The notes under the pieces are model-generated. The model had not been told where the DNA came from. It worked only from the letters and a program-made list of their open reading frames with translations, and did no database searches. This document shows positions 9,416 to 19,700 of a stretch of DNA of 64,000 nt, one piece after another (position 1 is the stretch's first letter; each line of letters starts with the position of its first letter). A program made the translations under genes and the position numbers. The stretch covers positions 1,178,001 to 1,242,000 of the forward strand of contig OY730414.1 of NCBI GenBank assembly GCA_963422615.1, in the 5' to 3' direction. Source of the DNA: Longimicrobiales bacterium. GTDB lineage: Bacteria > Gemmatimonadota > Gemmatimonadetes > Longimicrobiales > Gaopeijiaceae.

Positions 9416-10062
9416 TTATCCGCCTCTGCCAGAAGGGTTACACCTTCCAGTTTCGCGCACTCGAGAGCACGCGAAAATCCGTATCCCGCGGCTTTCTTGC
9501 GATTTTCGCAGGCCCCGCCTCTGTGCCGATCCGGCACTTGAGACCGAGTTCTTTCCTACAGTCACGCTGTGGACCTTGCCAGCAGCATCACGATTGAGGG
9601 AGCGAAACCGAAGGTCTTATGGGAGCCATTCATGTTGATGTTACTATCCGAAACCCGGCCGATTCGTCAAGAGCTGGGTAGGAAGGTTTCTGGTTGACAG
9701 GGGGCGCAACCGACTCGGTCGTGCCCAGGCCGTACTTGGAAGCCATCGGTCTGGAACCGGGAGGAGAACGCACGGTAAGAACTTAGCAGACGGCAGTCGG
9801 GCCAAGATGAATATCGGAGTTGCCCGAATTCGAGTTCATGGGAGCGTTCGTTGGAGACCAGGCAGGACCAGGCGATTGACCCCCGGTGCGGGTTCCACCT
9901 GAAACCGTCGTTTTCGGAGAGGACGGCGTCAAGCCGCTTTTGGGGGTAACGGCGCTGGAGTCCATGGGAGTGGAAAATCGATCATCGATCCACGGAATCA
10001 GCGGCTGAAAGAGGGTCGCAGCGGTACGGTTGAAGGGGGTCAGGGGTCCCAGGCCCGACGCG

Positions 10063-11976
10063 TCACCGCCCCCTCCCCGGGCCCCGCCAAAGTTCCCGGA
10101 CCCGCCGGGCCATCTGTCTAAATCTGGGGTCGTCTCGGAGGAGGTCCCAGATGGGGCTGTTCTTCAGGGTGACCAGCTCCGGTTCGCGGGCATCAATGGC
10201 CGATTCCAGGTGGGCTAGGGCTTCGTCGTGGTGCCCCAGGCCCAGGGCCGTGACGGCGTGCTCCAGGTGGGGAACGTGTCGCCTCCGAGCAGTCAGGTCG
10301 GCGTTGTGCTGTTGCCGCCACTCCCAGTAGGTGCGTGGGTTTTCCCTGTCAAAGGCATCCCGGAGCTCCTGGACCTCCTGGCGACTCTCCGGAGTGTCGC
10401 CATCCGTGGCAAGGATGCGGTTGGCCCGAACGTCCACGGCGGCGGCATAGTCGCCCCGCATGACCTGTGCGTGTTCCAGACCGGACCAGACCGGGGACCG
10501 GGTGGAGTCCCTCTGGAGAATTGCCCGGAAGACCCGAATGGCGCTGTCGTACTGGGCGGCGTCCATGGCCCGCCGGGCTTCCAAGAGGTGTGGCCCCTCC
10601 CGCCCGGATCCTTCTCCTCTGCCCATGAACGAAGCGGCCCACCGCCCGATCCGGGTGAAGTCTCGCACGTACCGCCGGGACAGAGAGTCGGATTCGCTTT
10701 CAGGCCCGAAATCCAGGGCAAGGAGGATGCTCTGGGTATCCGTCGCCAAGTCTTCGGAAAGTCCGGCCAAGTAATCCACGAACGCGACCTGGGCGGCGCG
10801 GACCTCTTCTTCGGCGCCACCCAGCTCCGCTGCTCGCTGGATCTCCTCCTGCACCCGGGCCAGCATCTCCGCCGTAAGCAACGTTCCAGCCAGCCCCGTG
10901 GCCAGGCGCGCCCCCGCCAGGCCGACCCAAGCCGCCGCGTAGGTCGAATCGTTCTCCACTGCCCGGCTGAAGTGGCCAGTGGCCACTTGGAGTCCGTCGG
11001 AAGTGCCCCGCTCGAACGCTTCCCAGCCCCGAAGAACGGCTCGGTGGGCCTCCGGATCGACGGTGGCGACTTGGACAACGTCCTCGTTCGCCGCTTCTCC
11101 CTCGACCTCTCCCTGGACTGCCCGGGCGATCTCCCGGGCAACCTCCGTCTGAAGCCGGAGTATGTCCTTCATCTCCCGCTGGAAGGTCCGGGTGAGCATG
11201 TGGGTGTCGGAGGGGGCGTGTAGGAGCTGGATGCTGATCCGAACGGTGTCGCTTTCCGGGGTTCTGGCGACGGACCCCGTCACGACGGCCTGGACCCGGA
11301 GCTCCTCCGCAATCCGGGGCAGGAGCATCTGGGTGTCGGCGTACCGCTCTACGGAGGCACGGGGCACCACCCGAAGGCTGGTCATCCGGCTCAGTTGGGT
11401 GATGATCTCGTCGTGAAGTTGGGGAGCGAAGAAGTCGTCCCCTTCGGCGAAGTCCGCCAGAGGAAGCACGGCGATGGCCGTGACGGGCGCGTCCGGATCC
11501 AGATTCACGAAGGGCAGGAAGGGAGAGACACCGGTCGCCGGGGCGGAAGACAGGGTCGGACCGGCCCCCCCGGCGGCGCCGGTTTCAGCCCGCACGACGC
11601 TCCGATTGAACCAAAGGGAGGCCAGGGTCACGGAGGCCGCCGACACGGCCAGGAGGGCCACGCTGGGGGCGCGGGACTCCTGACCGATCCGTCCAGAACC
11701 TGGGGTGCGCTTGAGTCCCTTGGAGGTCAGATCATACGTCCACGCGGAGGCGAGGACGACGGGCAGACCCAGAAAGGCGCAGACCACCAGGGACTGCAGG
11801 GTCCAGTCCGGCATGTTGAAGGCCGGAAGGACGATCTCCCCCAGCTGCAGCACCACGAACGCCGCTGCCACGTACACGCCGGCAGCCCGCATGACCCGCC
11901 GCCTTCGCAGCTCCCTCCAGAAACGACCCAACCCCAACCTATCGATTCTCTGGCTTCCGGCTCTTTGGATTCTCAA
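10063..11976 (-). CDS. membrane protein with TolB-N-like domain and TPR repeats
   Basis: ELRRRRV followed by three TM helices; IAVLPLAD...EIITQLSR..LRVV; helical TPR-like tail ending DLLRDDPRF. Start uncertain. Confidence 0.85.
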   Translation of the reverse strand: MRIQRAGSQRIDRLGLGRFWRELRRRRVMRAAGVYVAAAFVVLQLGEIVLPAFNMPDWTLQSLVVCAFLGLPVVLASAWTYDLTSKGLKRTPGSGRIGQESRAPSVALLAVSAASVTLASLWFNRSVVRAETGAAGGAGPTLSSAPATGVSPFLPFVNLDPDAPVTAIAVLPLADFAEGDDFFAPQLHDEIITQLSRMTSLRVVPRASVERYADTQMLLPRIAEELRVQAVVTGSVARTPESDTVRISIQLLHAPSDTHMLTRTFQREMKDILRLQTEVAREIARAVQGEVEGEAANEDVVQVATVDPEAHRAVLRGWEAFERGTSDGLQVATGHFSRAVENDSTYAAAWVGLAGARLATGLAGTLLTAEMLARVQEEIQRAAELGGAEEEVRAAQVAFVDYLAGLSEDLATDTQSILLALDFGPESESDSLSRRYVRDFTRIGRWAASFMGRGEGSGREGPHLLEARRAMDAAQYDSAIRVFRAILQRDSTRSPVWSGLEHAQVMRGDYAAAVDVRANRILATDGDTPESRQEVQELRDAFDRENPRTYWEWRQQHNADLTARRRHVPHLEHAVTALGLGHHDEALAHLESAIDAREPELVTLKNSPIWDLLRDDPRFRQMARRVRELWRGPGRGR

Positions 11977-12199
11977 CCGTCGGCTTCAAGTCCGCCTCTC
12001 AACGTCAAGTTAGGGTAACCCGACCCATCATTCGATAGACAGACGACGGCAGGGGGTTGTTGAGTTGCCCATTCTTGCCTCAGCTTCCTACCGACCCATT
12101 CGCTTCCTACCCACGCCCTTGCTCTGGGTCTGTCCGAAATCTCCACAGACCCTATCCAAAGAAGCCTCCAAGAAGCCACGACTCCCGGGAATCCCTGCC

Positions 12200-13183
12200 A
12201 TGGCCGTCATCGAAACGCTGGATCTGACGAAGCGCTTCGGGAAGGTGTTGGCGGTGGACAAGGTATCGTTCTCTGTGGAGCGGGGCCAGGTCTTCGGTTT
12301 CCTGGGCCCGAACGGGGCGGGGAAGACCACCACGATCGGCATGCTGGTGGGGATCGTGACGCCGACGGCCGGGAGCTTTCGTCTCTTCGGAGCCTCCGGG
12401 CCCAGAGGTCTCCTGGCCGCCCGCGCCCGGGTCGGGGCCACCCTGGAGACGCCGAACTTCTACCCCTATCTGGGGGGCCGGGACAACCTCCGCATCGTGG
12501 CCCAGGTGAAGGGGGTGGGGGAACGGCGCATCGACGAATGCCTGGATCTGGTGGGCCTGGCCGACCGGGGAAAGGACCGTTTCAAGACCTACTCCCTGGG
12601 GATGAAGCAGCGCCTGGCCCTGGCTGCCACCATGTTGGGAGACCCGCAGCTGGTCATTCTGGACGAACCGGCCAACGGCCTGGACCCCCAGGGGATGCGG
12701 GAAGTTCGGGAAATTATCGGGGTTCTGGCCGACCGGGGCAAGACGATCTTCCTGTCGAGCCATCTCCTCTGGGAGGTCGAGCGCACCTGCACCCATGTGT
12801 CCATCGTTCGCCGGGGGCGAATCGTGAAGACGGGGAGCGTCTCCGAGATCGTGGGGGAGAAGGCCACGGTGCTGGTGAACGCCGACGACGGCGAAGCCTT
12901 GGGGGCGGCCTTGGAAGCCTGTCCGGACGTGTCTTCCGTGCGGCGGACGAACGAAGGAACGGTTGTAGGATTGGCGTCCGGTGACCTGGCCGCACTGAAC
13001 CGCTACCTGGCGGGCTTGGGCGTCTACGTTTCCCACTTGGCTCCCCAGCAGTCGAGTCTGGAAGACGCCTTCATGGACCTCACGGAAGGGGACTTCGGGT
13101 CCATGACCGAGATCGCCTCCCGGAGGGACGGAGACTCCGGGCTGGGCGTGCCGGGGCCCGGGGAGACGGAGGTCGCATCGTGA
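12200..13183 (+). CDS. ABC transporter ATP-binding protein
   Basis: GPNGAGKTT, YSLGMKQR, ILDEP, SSH motifs; ATG at 12200. Confidence 0.95.
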   Translation: MAVIETLDLTKRFGKVLAVDKVSFSVERGQVFGFLGPNGAGKTTTIGMLVGIVTPTAGSFRLFGASGPRGLLAARARVGATLETPNFYPYLGGRDNLRIVAQVKGVGERRIDECLDLVGLADRGKDRFKTYSLGMKQRLALAATMLGDPQLVILDEPANGLDPQGMREVREIIGVLADRGKTIFLSSHLLWEVERTCTHVSIVRRGRIVKTGSVSEIVGEKATVLVNADDGEALGAALEACPDVSSVRRTNEGTVVGLASGDLAALNRYLAGLGVYVSHLAPQQSSLEDAFMDLTEGDFGSMTEIASRRDGDSGLGVPGPGETEVAS

Positions 13184-14004
13184 GCCGCACGGTTGTGCTG
13201 TTCAAGAACGAGGTCCTCAAGGCCCGCAAGCGCCTTGCTTTTTGGGTCACGACGGGGGTCTTCGCCTTCTTCATCGCAGCGGGCGTGGCCGCCTTGGTCC
13301 GGGAAGCGTTCATGGAAAACGGCCGGCCGTTCGCGTTCCCGGAGGTGTGGGAGCGGTTCCTGCCCATGCCGGCCCAGGCGGGCCCGATCATGCTGGCCGT
13401 GCTCGTCATCCTGCTGTTCGCGCCGGAGTTCCAGTGGCGGACAGCCCGGCAGAACGTGATCGACGGGTTGAGCAAGGAACAGTTCTATTGGGGCAAGCTC
13501 ATGGTGCTCCCCGCCCTGGTGGTGCTGTTCCTGGCCGTTTCTTTCGCGATCGCAGGGGTAGGCGCGGTCGTCAGCCCGAGTGCGGAGGGGAGTTCCAGCT
13601 TCGTCCGGCGGACCGACTTGAGCTTCATGCTGGGGTACGTGCTGTTGCTTGTGCTGTGGGGGAGCACGGGGTTCTTGCTGGCGGCGCTGATTCGGGCGTC
13701 GGGGCCGGCCATCGGGGTCCTCATGGTGTACATCCTCGTGGAACAGATCATGGGGGCCGTGCTGGGGCGAATCGAGAGCCTGAGGCCCGTGCTCTCGTTT
13801 CTCCCCCAGAGGGTGTCGGAAAGCCTTGGGGGGAACTTGCTGCACTACCCCGACCAGCTTCCACAGGTCAACGCCGGTCGGGTCAGCCTGGGGATGGATC
13901 CACTGGACCTCCCGGCGAAGGAAGCCCTGGTCTTGGCGGCGCTGGCCTATTCGGCGCTCTTCCTGGTCTTGGCGTTCTTCAACCTGCGGAAGCGGGACCT
14001 GTAA
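13180..14004 (+). CDS. ABC-2 type transporter permease
   Basis: Six hydrophobic segments, EFQWRT motif, ends RKRDL; GTGA overlap with the ATPase gene. Confidence 0.9.
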   Translation: MSRTVVLFKNEVLKARKRLAFWVTTGVFAFFIAAGVAALVREAFMENGRPFAFPEVWERFLPMPAQAGPIMLAVLVILLFAPEFQWRTARQNVIDGLSKEQFYWGKLMVLPALVVLFLAVSFAIAGVGAVVSPSAEGSSSFVRRTDLSFMLGYVLLLVLWGSTGFLLAALIRASGPAIGVLMVYILVEQIMGAVLGRIESLRPVLSFLPQRVSESLGGNLLHYPDQLPQVNAGRVSLGMDPLDLPAKEALVLAALAYSALFLVLAFFNLRKRDL

Positions 14005-14135
14005 GCACAGGGGGGCCAGGCAGCGGCCACCCTGCGAGGGAGAGGTCGGCCCATCGGCCACCCTTTTTGGGGGGTGGGCCGAATTGACAATTGGGCGAGA
14101 CGAGGGGCAACCGAAAATCCTAAGGAGGTGCAGAA

Positions 14136-16043
14136 GTGATCATTGGCAAGTTGATTCCGGGTCTGGGTTCGGACCCCACGCCTTGCCCAGGAGCCGGCTC
14201 TCCCGGGCCCGACGGGAGATCCGTCGCATCGCGCGGGTTCGCAGAGTGCTTGGCCGCTGGGGTTGTGCGGGTTTCCCGGGGAGCGTCGTGGTTGGCCGTA
14301 GTCTCCCGCCCGGCGATTGGGGCTTCGCGGCCGAACGTGGCCTCTCGCTTGGCCGTGGTTCTGGGCGCCGTCTTTGCGGCCGCTTGCACCCAGGGTGGCG
14401 ACCCTGCGGACCTGGTGTTGTGGGGCGGTCGGGTGGCGACGGTGAACGAGGAGGGCGCCGTCGTTGATGCCCTCGCCATCCGGGACGGGTGGATCGTCGC
14501 CGTGGGCAGCGATGCAGAGGTAGAAGGCTTCATCGGCAGCGAAACCGAGGTCGTCGAGCTGGATGGGCGCCTCGCCGTGCCGGGCTTCATTGAGGGTCAC
14601 GGCCACTACATGAGTCTGGGCAACGCCAAGACGATCCTGGACTTGAACGCCGCCGCCAACTGGGAGGAGATCGTGGCCATGGTGGCGGAGGCGGTGGCGG
14701 AAGCGGAGCCCGGGGAGTGGATTCGGGGTCGGGGGTGGCATCAGGAAAAGTGGGATCGCCCGCCGGAGCCGGCGGTGGAAGGCGCCCCGGTCCACGCTTC
14801 TCTGTCGGCCGCCAGCCCCGCCAACCCGGTGCTTCTGACCCACGCTTCGGGGCACGCCGCCTTCGCCAACGCCCTTGCGTTGCAGGCGGGCGGCTACAAC
14901 CGGGACTCGGAGCCCCCGCAGGGCGGAGCCCTGGTCCGGGACCCAGCGGGGGAGCTGACGGGGCTCCTCAGAGAGACGGCCCAGCGGCCGGTTGGGGACG
15001 CCTTCGCGGCCACCCTGGCCTCCTTGTCGGAGGAGGAGGCCGACGCGCGCTTTCGCCGGCAGGTGGCGCTGGCCGCGGAAGAGGCGCTGTCCAAGGGCGT
15101 AACCTCTTTTCAGGACGCCGGTTCCGGCTTCGGGACCATCGACCGACTTCGGAATCTGGAAGCGGAGGGGGCGCTGCCCGTCCGCCTCTACGTCATGGTG
15201 CGGGGAGCGTCGAACGAAGAGCTGAATGCCCGCCTCCCAGACTACTACATGCCCTCGCAAGGGGACGACTACCTGACCGTACGGTCCATCAAGCGACAGA
15301 TCGACGGGGCCTTGGGGTCCCACGGCGCCTGGCTCCTTGAGCCCTACCAGGACATGCCGTCATCCACGGGGCTGGTGCTGGAGACCGTCGAAGACATTAC
15401 CGGCACGGCGCACATCGCCCTCCGGAACGGGTTCCAGGTCAACACCCACGCGATCGGAGACCGGGCGAATCGGGAGGTTCTGGACCTCTACCACGCCGTC
15501 TTCGATTCCGCCGGACGGCAGGGCGGGGAGCTGCGCTGGCGAATCGAGCACGCTCAACACGTTCATCCCGACGACGTGACCCGCTTCGCCGAATTGGGAG
15601 TGATCGCCGCGATGCAGGGCGTCCACGCCACCTCCGACGCCCCGTGGGTCTACCGGCGCCTGGGGGCCGACCGGGCGGCGTCCGGGGCGTACGTCTGGCG
15701 AGCCTTCATGAATGCAGGGGTTCGGGTCACCAACGGGACGGACGTACCCGTAGAAGACATCGACCCGCTGGCCAGCTTCCATTCGTCCGTGGTCCGCCAG
15801 ACCGCTGCCGGCGACGACTTCTTCCCGGATCAGCGAATGACCCGGGAGGAGGCGCTGCGGAGCTACACGATCAACAACGCCTTCGCCGCCTTCGAAGAGG
15901 ACTACAAGGGCTCCCTTGAAGTGGGGAAGCTGGGGGATGTGGTGGTGCTGGACCGGGACATCCTGACCGTCCCCGATTCAGAACTTCTGGGCACCCGGGT
16001 GGATATGACCATCGTCGGCGGGGTGGTGCGGTACAGGCGGTGA
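14136..16043 (+). CDS. amidohydrolase (YtcJ-like), probable lipoprotein
   Basis: PGFIEGHGH, DGALGS, HAIGDRAN, RIEHAQ, GTDVPV motifs. Real start is probably near 14337, before the lipobox-like FAAAC. Confidence 0.9.
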   Translation: MIIGKLIPGLGSDPTPCPGAGSPGPDGRSVASRGFAECLAAGVVRVSRGASWLAVVSRPAIGASRPNVASRLAVVLGAVFAAACTQGGDPADLVLWGGRVATVNEEGAVVDALAIRDGWIVAVGSDAEVEGFIGSETEVVELDGRLAVPGFIEGHGHYMSLGNAKTILDLNAAANWEEIVAMVAEAVAEAEPGEWIRGRGWHQEKWDRPPEPAVEGAPVHASLSAASPANPVLLTHASGHAAFANALALQAGGYNRDSEPPQGGALVRDPAGELTGLLRETAQRPVGDAFAATLASLSEEEADARFRRQVALAAEEALSKGVTSFQDAGSGFGTIDRLRNLEAEGALPVRLYVMVRGASNEELNARLPDYYMPSQGDDYLTVRSIKRQIDGALGSHGAWLLEPYQDMPSSTGLVLETVEDITGTAHIALRNGFQVNTHAIGDRANREVLDLYHAVFDSAGRQGGELRWRIEHAQHVHPDDVTRFAELGVIAAMQGVHATSDAPWVYRRLGADRAASGAYVWRAFMNAGVRVTNGTDVPVEDIDPLASFHSSVVRQTAAGDDFFPDQRMTREEALRSYTINNAFAAFEEDYKGSLEVGKLGDVVVLDRDILTVPDSELLGTRVDMTIVGGVVRYRR

Positions 16044-16351
16044 TTGGGTGGGGCCGCAAGACTGGGCAGAAACGCGACTGGGGCCTCGTTTGCCGAGGAA
16101 TCCCGGCTGGCTGCAACGCCGGACGCGCGTCCAATGCCGTTGTCGCGTGTGGGATTGGCAGCGGGCAAACTCTGGGTCGTGTCGACGGGACTGACTGCCC
16201 AATGGTCCGATCGCATTCACAGTACCGCTTCAGGAGGGGGACCCTTCGCTACAGATCCCGGGCGGGCCGGACTTCCATCACCGCGGGCGTCGCATCCGGG
16301 ACGTGGTGGTCCTGCCGGACCGAATCTTCGTGGCTAGAGACATTGAGGTCG

Positions 16352-16504
16352 TCATCCGGCGGGTGATTCACCCTGCCTAAAGGACGCCCTCCGGCCCAGC
16401 ACCCGCGCAGCGACGCCCGCCCCCAGCGCATGGAGGTCCGGCCGCACCCGAGCCGCCAGCGCGCCGAAGACGGTTTGGTTTGACGGCGACGTGATCAGGA
16501 TGTG
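16352..16504 (-). other. alternative target-recognition cassette 5 of the Type ISP enzyme
   Basis: HILITSPSNQTVFGALAARVRPDLHALGAGVAARVLGR...*; in frame if tract 2 is C19 or C22. Confidence 0.85.
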
Positions 16505-16620
16505 CCCCTGCGGCGGGGCAGGGCGCGGCCCAACTGACCCAAGCCGATCAGGTCTGGCATGTGCGGGGTCGCCAGGCAAGCCGGCACGGTCCGACTGAAG
16601 GGGGAGGCGATCAGGATCGC
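16495..16620 (-). other. alternative target-recognition cassette 4
   Basis: AILIASPFSRTVPACLATPHMPDLIGLGQLGRALPRRRGTS*; in frame if tract 2 is C18 or C21. Confidence 0.85.
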
Positions 16621-16721
16621 GGGATGGCTCGGGTCTGGCGCCCGGTCGCGCAGAGGTCGAAGAGGGTGTCCGTCGCCAGGGTGGCGAAGGGGAGCTGCTG
16701 GGTCTGGTTGACGAGGATGGC
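16611..16721 (-). other. target-recognition cassette 3 (in frame as assembled)
   Basis: AILVNQTQQLPFATLATDTLFDLCATGRQTRAIPRS*; reached with C13 plus C20. Confidence 0.85.
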
Positions 16722-19700
16722 TTCTCTCCGTCTCCCTTTGCCCCAAGCCCTTCCGAGGACGCGCGATTTTCTGGGGGGGGGGGGGGGGGGGGAATGCGGG
16801 GCACCTACGTCAGAAGCCGGGGCAGCGCCCGCGTCTGTTGCGAGCCCTTGATCGCGGCCAGATCCGGCATCTTTGCGGTCGCCAGGGCCTGAAAGATCAT
16901 GTTGCTGGTCCCCGTGATCAGGATCGCCGGGGGGCCGCTCTTCCGGCTGGGTCCAGGGCGTGGAGGTCCGGGAGCTGTGCGGTGGGGAGGCACGCGAAGA
17001 CGGTTCGGTTGGAGGGGGATGCGATGAGAAGCCCGACGTTCGTCCGCCCCGGGCTGGAGGCGGTGTTGTTGGATTTTCTGGGGGGGGGGGGGCGATCCCG
17101 GAGGCCTTTGCAAACATGCGGGAAATCGTCTTCACCGAGGACAAGATCCGAGCGTCTTCATAGAGCCAGAGCTTGGTGAAGGGACGGTAGAGCACTTCTC
17201 GGATTTTCGCCTCGTCGAACGCCAGGGGCTGCTTTCGCTTCAACGAAGATTTGAGCACCCCGGTCCACTTGATCACGTCGATTCGGGTGTTCTGGGTCAG
17301 GCTGTCCAGGGCAGCTTTGTCGAAGCCCGTTCCCCGCCACTCCGCCAAAGTCCGGTTGAATTCGTCAATCAATGCGGAGACCTTCTTGCACAGGGCGTCG
17401 CGCGAAAACGAATACACGTATGCGTCGCAGGCGGTTGTCAAGCCGATCGCGTGCCTCCGCACAGCGGCGGGGGTGTCTTCTTTCTTGGGTCGGGCCAAGG
17501 GCAGGAGCTCGAAAAACGTCTCGTCCCCCAGATTCATCCAGTCGTGTCTCTGATTGACCGGCACGACCTTGAAGTGATCGGACAAGACATCGCCCAGCTG
17601 CGCGAGCCATTGGAACTTCTGTTCCCGCGTGTACCGCTCCGGCACTTCGGCGTAGTGAAGGGTGGCGGGAGCGGCAAGTTTCCGATCCGGGTTGCGAACG
17701 AGGACCGTGATCTGCACCCCGTTTCGAGTGGCCACACCAAAGATCGGGTCACCTTCCTTCCTCCGCTCCTCCCCCGACTTGTAGGCGTTGCCGCGCAGGT
17801 TCACGACGTAGATGTCGGTAAATTCGTCCCGCACGGCGGCGCGCATGCCGGTCAGGGACGGCGCGTCTGCGAAGCTGTTGGGCGTCACCAGCGCGACGAC
17901 GGCAGGCCCGTCCTTGACCTCGGCTGGCATGTCGACTCGGTCCGATGCCCAGCGGCACGCCTTGACGTAGAGATTGCCGGCGGCCTTGCCCAAGCCTTGG
18001 CCCTTGACCTTTTTGTTCCAGAATCCGTAGGTGTCGGCAACTCGCGCGGAAAGGTCCGGATATTCCCTATTCGGGTTGTCGTCCGACGCGCGTTTTTGTC
18101 CGGCCGACCAGGGCGGATTGCCAACGACTACCCAAATCGGCTTGCGGTTCTGCTCTTCTTGCCGTTCATAGTTCTCGTCGATTCCTTCAAAGAATTCAAA
18201 CTGTCGCCGGGCTGAATGCTCGGTCATCAGGAAGGTGTCGGTGAGAAGGATGCGGTTGAACGGTTCGTACGGGACCATTCCCGCACGGCCCTTTGCACGA
18301 TCCTTGCTTTGAAGCCGATCGTAGCGGGCTTCTTCGATCGTAAGCGCGGCAATGTAGTAGGCCAGCAGCACGATCTCGTTGGCCCAGATCTCGTGCCGGT
18401 ACTTGCGCTCCAGGTCTTCGTCCCGGATCAGGTATTCGCCCTTTGCATCCCTGGCGGTCAGGAGCCGGTTCACAAAGGTGCCCGTTCCCACAAAGGGGTC
18501 CAGGATCGTCACCCCCTCATCGGTGAGCCCCCTGCCGAACTGATCCTTGCAGACGGCGTTCACGGACCGCAACATGAAGTCCACCAGCGGGATAGGGGTG
18601 TACGCGATCCCCAGGGACTTGACCTCATTTTTCATGGCGGCCGCGAAGAAGCCGTCGTAGATCTCCCGCAGGATGTCCAGCTTTTCGCTTCCGCTGACCG
18701 CGCCGTCGAAGGCTCGCTCCATGGTTCGGTAGGCCCGATTCAAGGGGCGCAGGTCTTCGTCGAAGGCGACCCCCTCCTTGGCAAAATCCGCCAGAAGCCG
18801 GTCAATGCTTCGGGAGATCGGGTTCCGGCGGGCGAACTCCGATTCCGCGAACATCACCCGAAAGACCGGGATCGTCACGACATGCTGGGCCACCATCTGG
18901 ATGGTGGTTTCGTCTGTGACCGCCGGGTCCACGGAATCACGCAGGGAGCCGGCGAAGGCGTGCAACGCGGTCTGGGCCGCCGGGCTGGAGGCGACGAGGT
19001 GATCAATCTTCCGCCGCACGGTCTTGCAGATGCTGGCGGCCTTCTGGCCCCAGCGGGGATACATGTGCTTGTCTCCGACCGAGTCCACGACCATCGAGGC
19101 AAACTGGTCGTTGAGTGCCAGCGCCAGCTCGGTCTGAACTGCGTCGCTGATGCTCCGGGAGCCGCCGTTGTTTCCTGAAAGCCGGGTGCTGAGCCTAAAC
19201 GGAGACTTCTTTTGGACGGCTCTGGGGTTGTTCAACCAGTAGTCGATCCGATCGTCGTGGCTCCGAAGCGCACGGGCAACTTGCCACACCGGAGAGAAGT
19301 CTCCCTCCTTGAGGATCGTGCGGGCCCGCTCGTCGACTTCGCCTTCTCCGAAATCCGGAACGACGACGGGGATGACGATGTAGCCCTTTATCTTCCCCTC
19401 GGCCTTGCGCATCGCCCGCCCCACCGCCTGGGTGATGTCGATCTCGGACCTGCGGGGCTCGAGAAAGACGACGGCGTCCAGGGCCGGCACGTCCACGCCC
19501 TCGCTGAGCACCTGGGCGTTGGTCAGCACGCGGCAGGTCGTGGGGGTCGGGCTTTCGTGGGGGCGGTAGGGGATCGCAGCGTGTTCCCGGAGCAGGTGTA
19601 GCTGGCGGGCGCGCTCATGCGCGGGTGTGCCGCCGTCGATGTGGCTGACATCGAGGACGAGGAAGCCCTTCCGCTCCCCAGCGGGGTGTTTCAAGGTCAT

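Noticed and set aside
9783..9965. 60-aa Ser/Thr/Pro-rich ORF as a peptide precursor
   Set aside because: No modifying enzymes or transporter adjacent and no other support.
16249..16351. Possible sixth cassette downstream of cassette 5
   Set aside because: I found no ILI..F..LAT..PDL scaffold in the minus-strand translation.
16352..17092. TRD cassettes as an invertible shufflon or integron array
   Set aside because: All cassettes have the same orientation, and there are no inverted repeats, attC-like hairpins or nearby recombinase. Frame phasing behind the poly-C tracts explains them.
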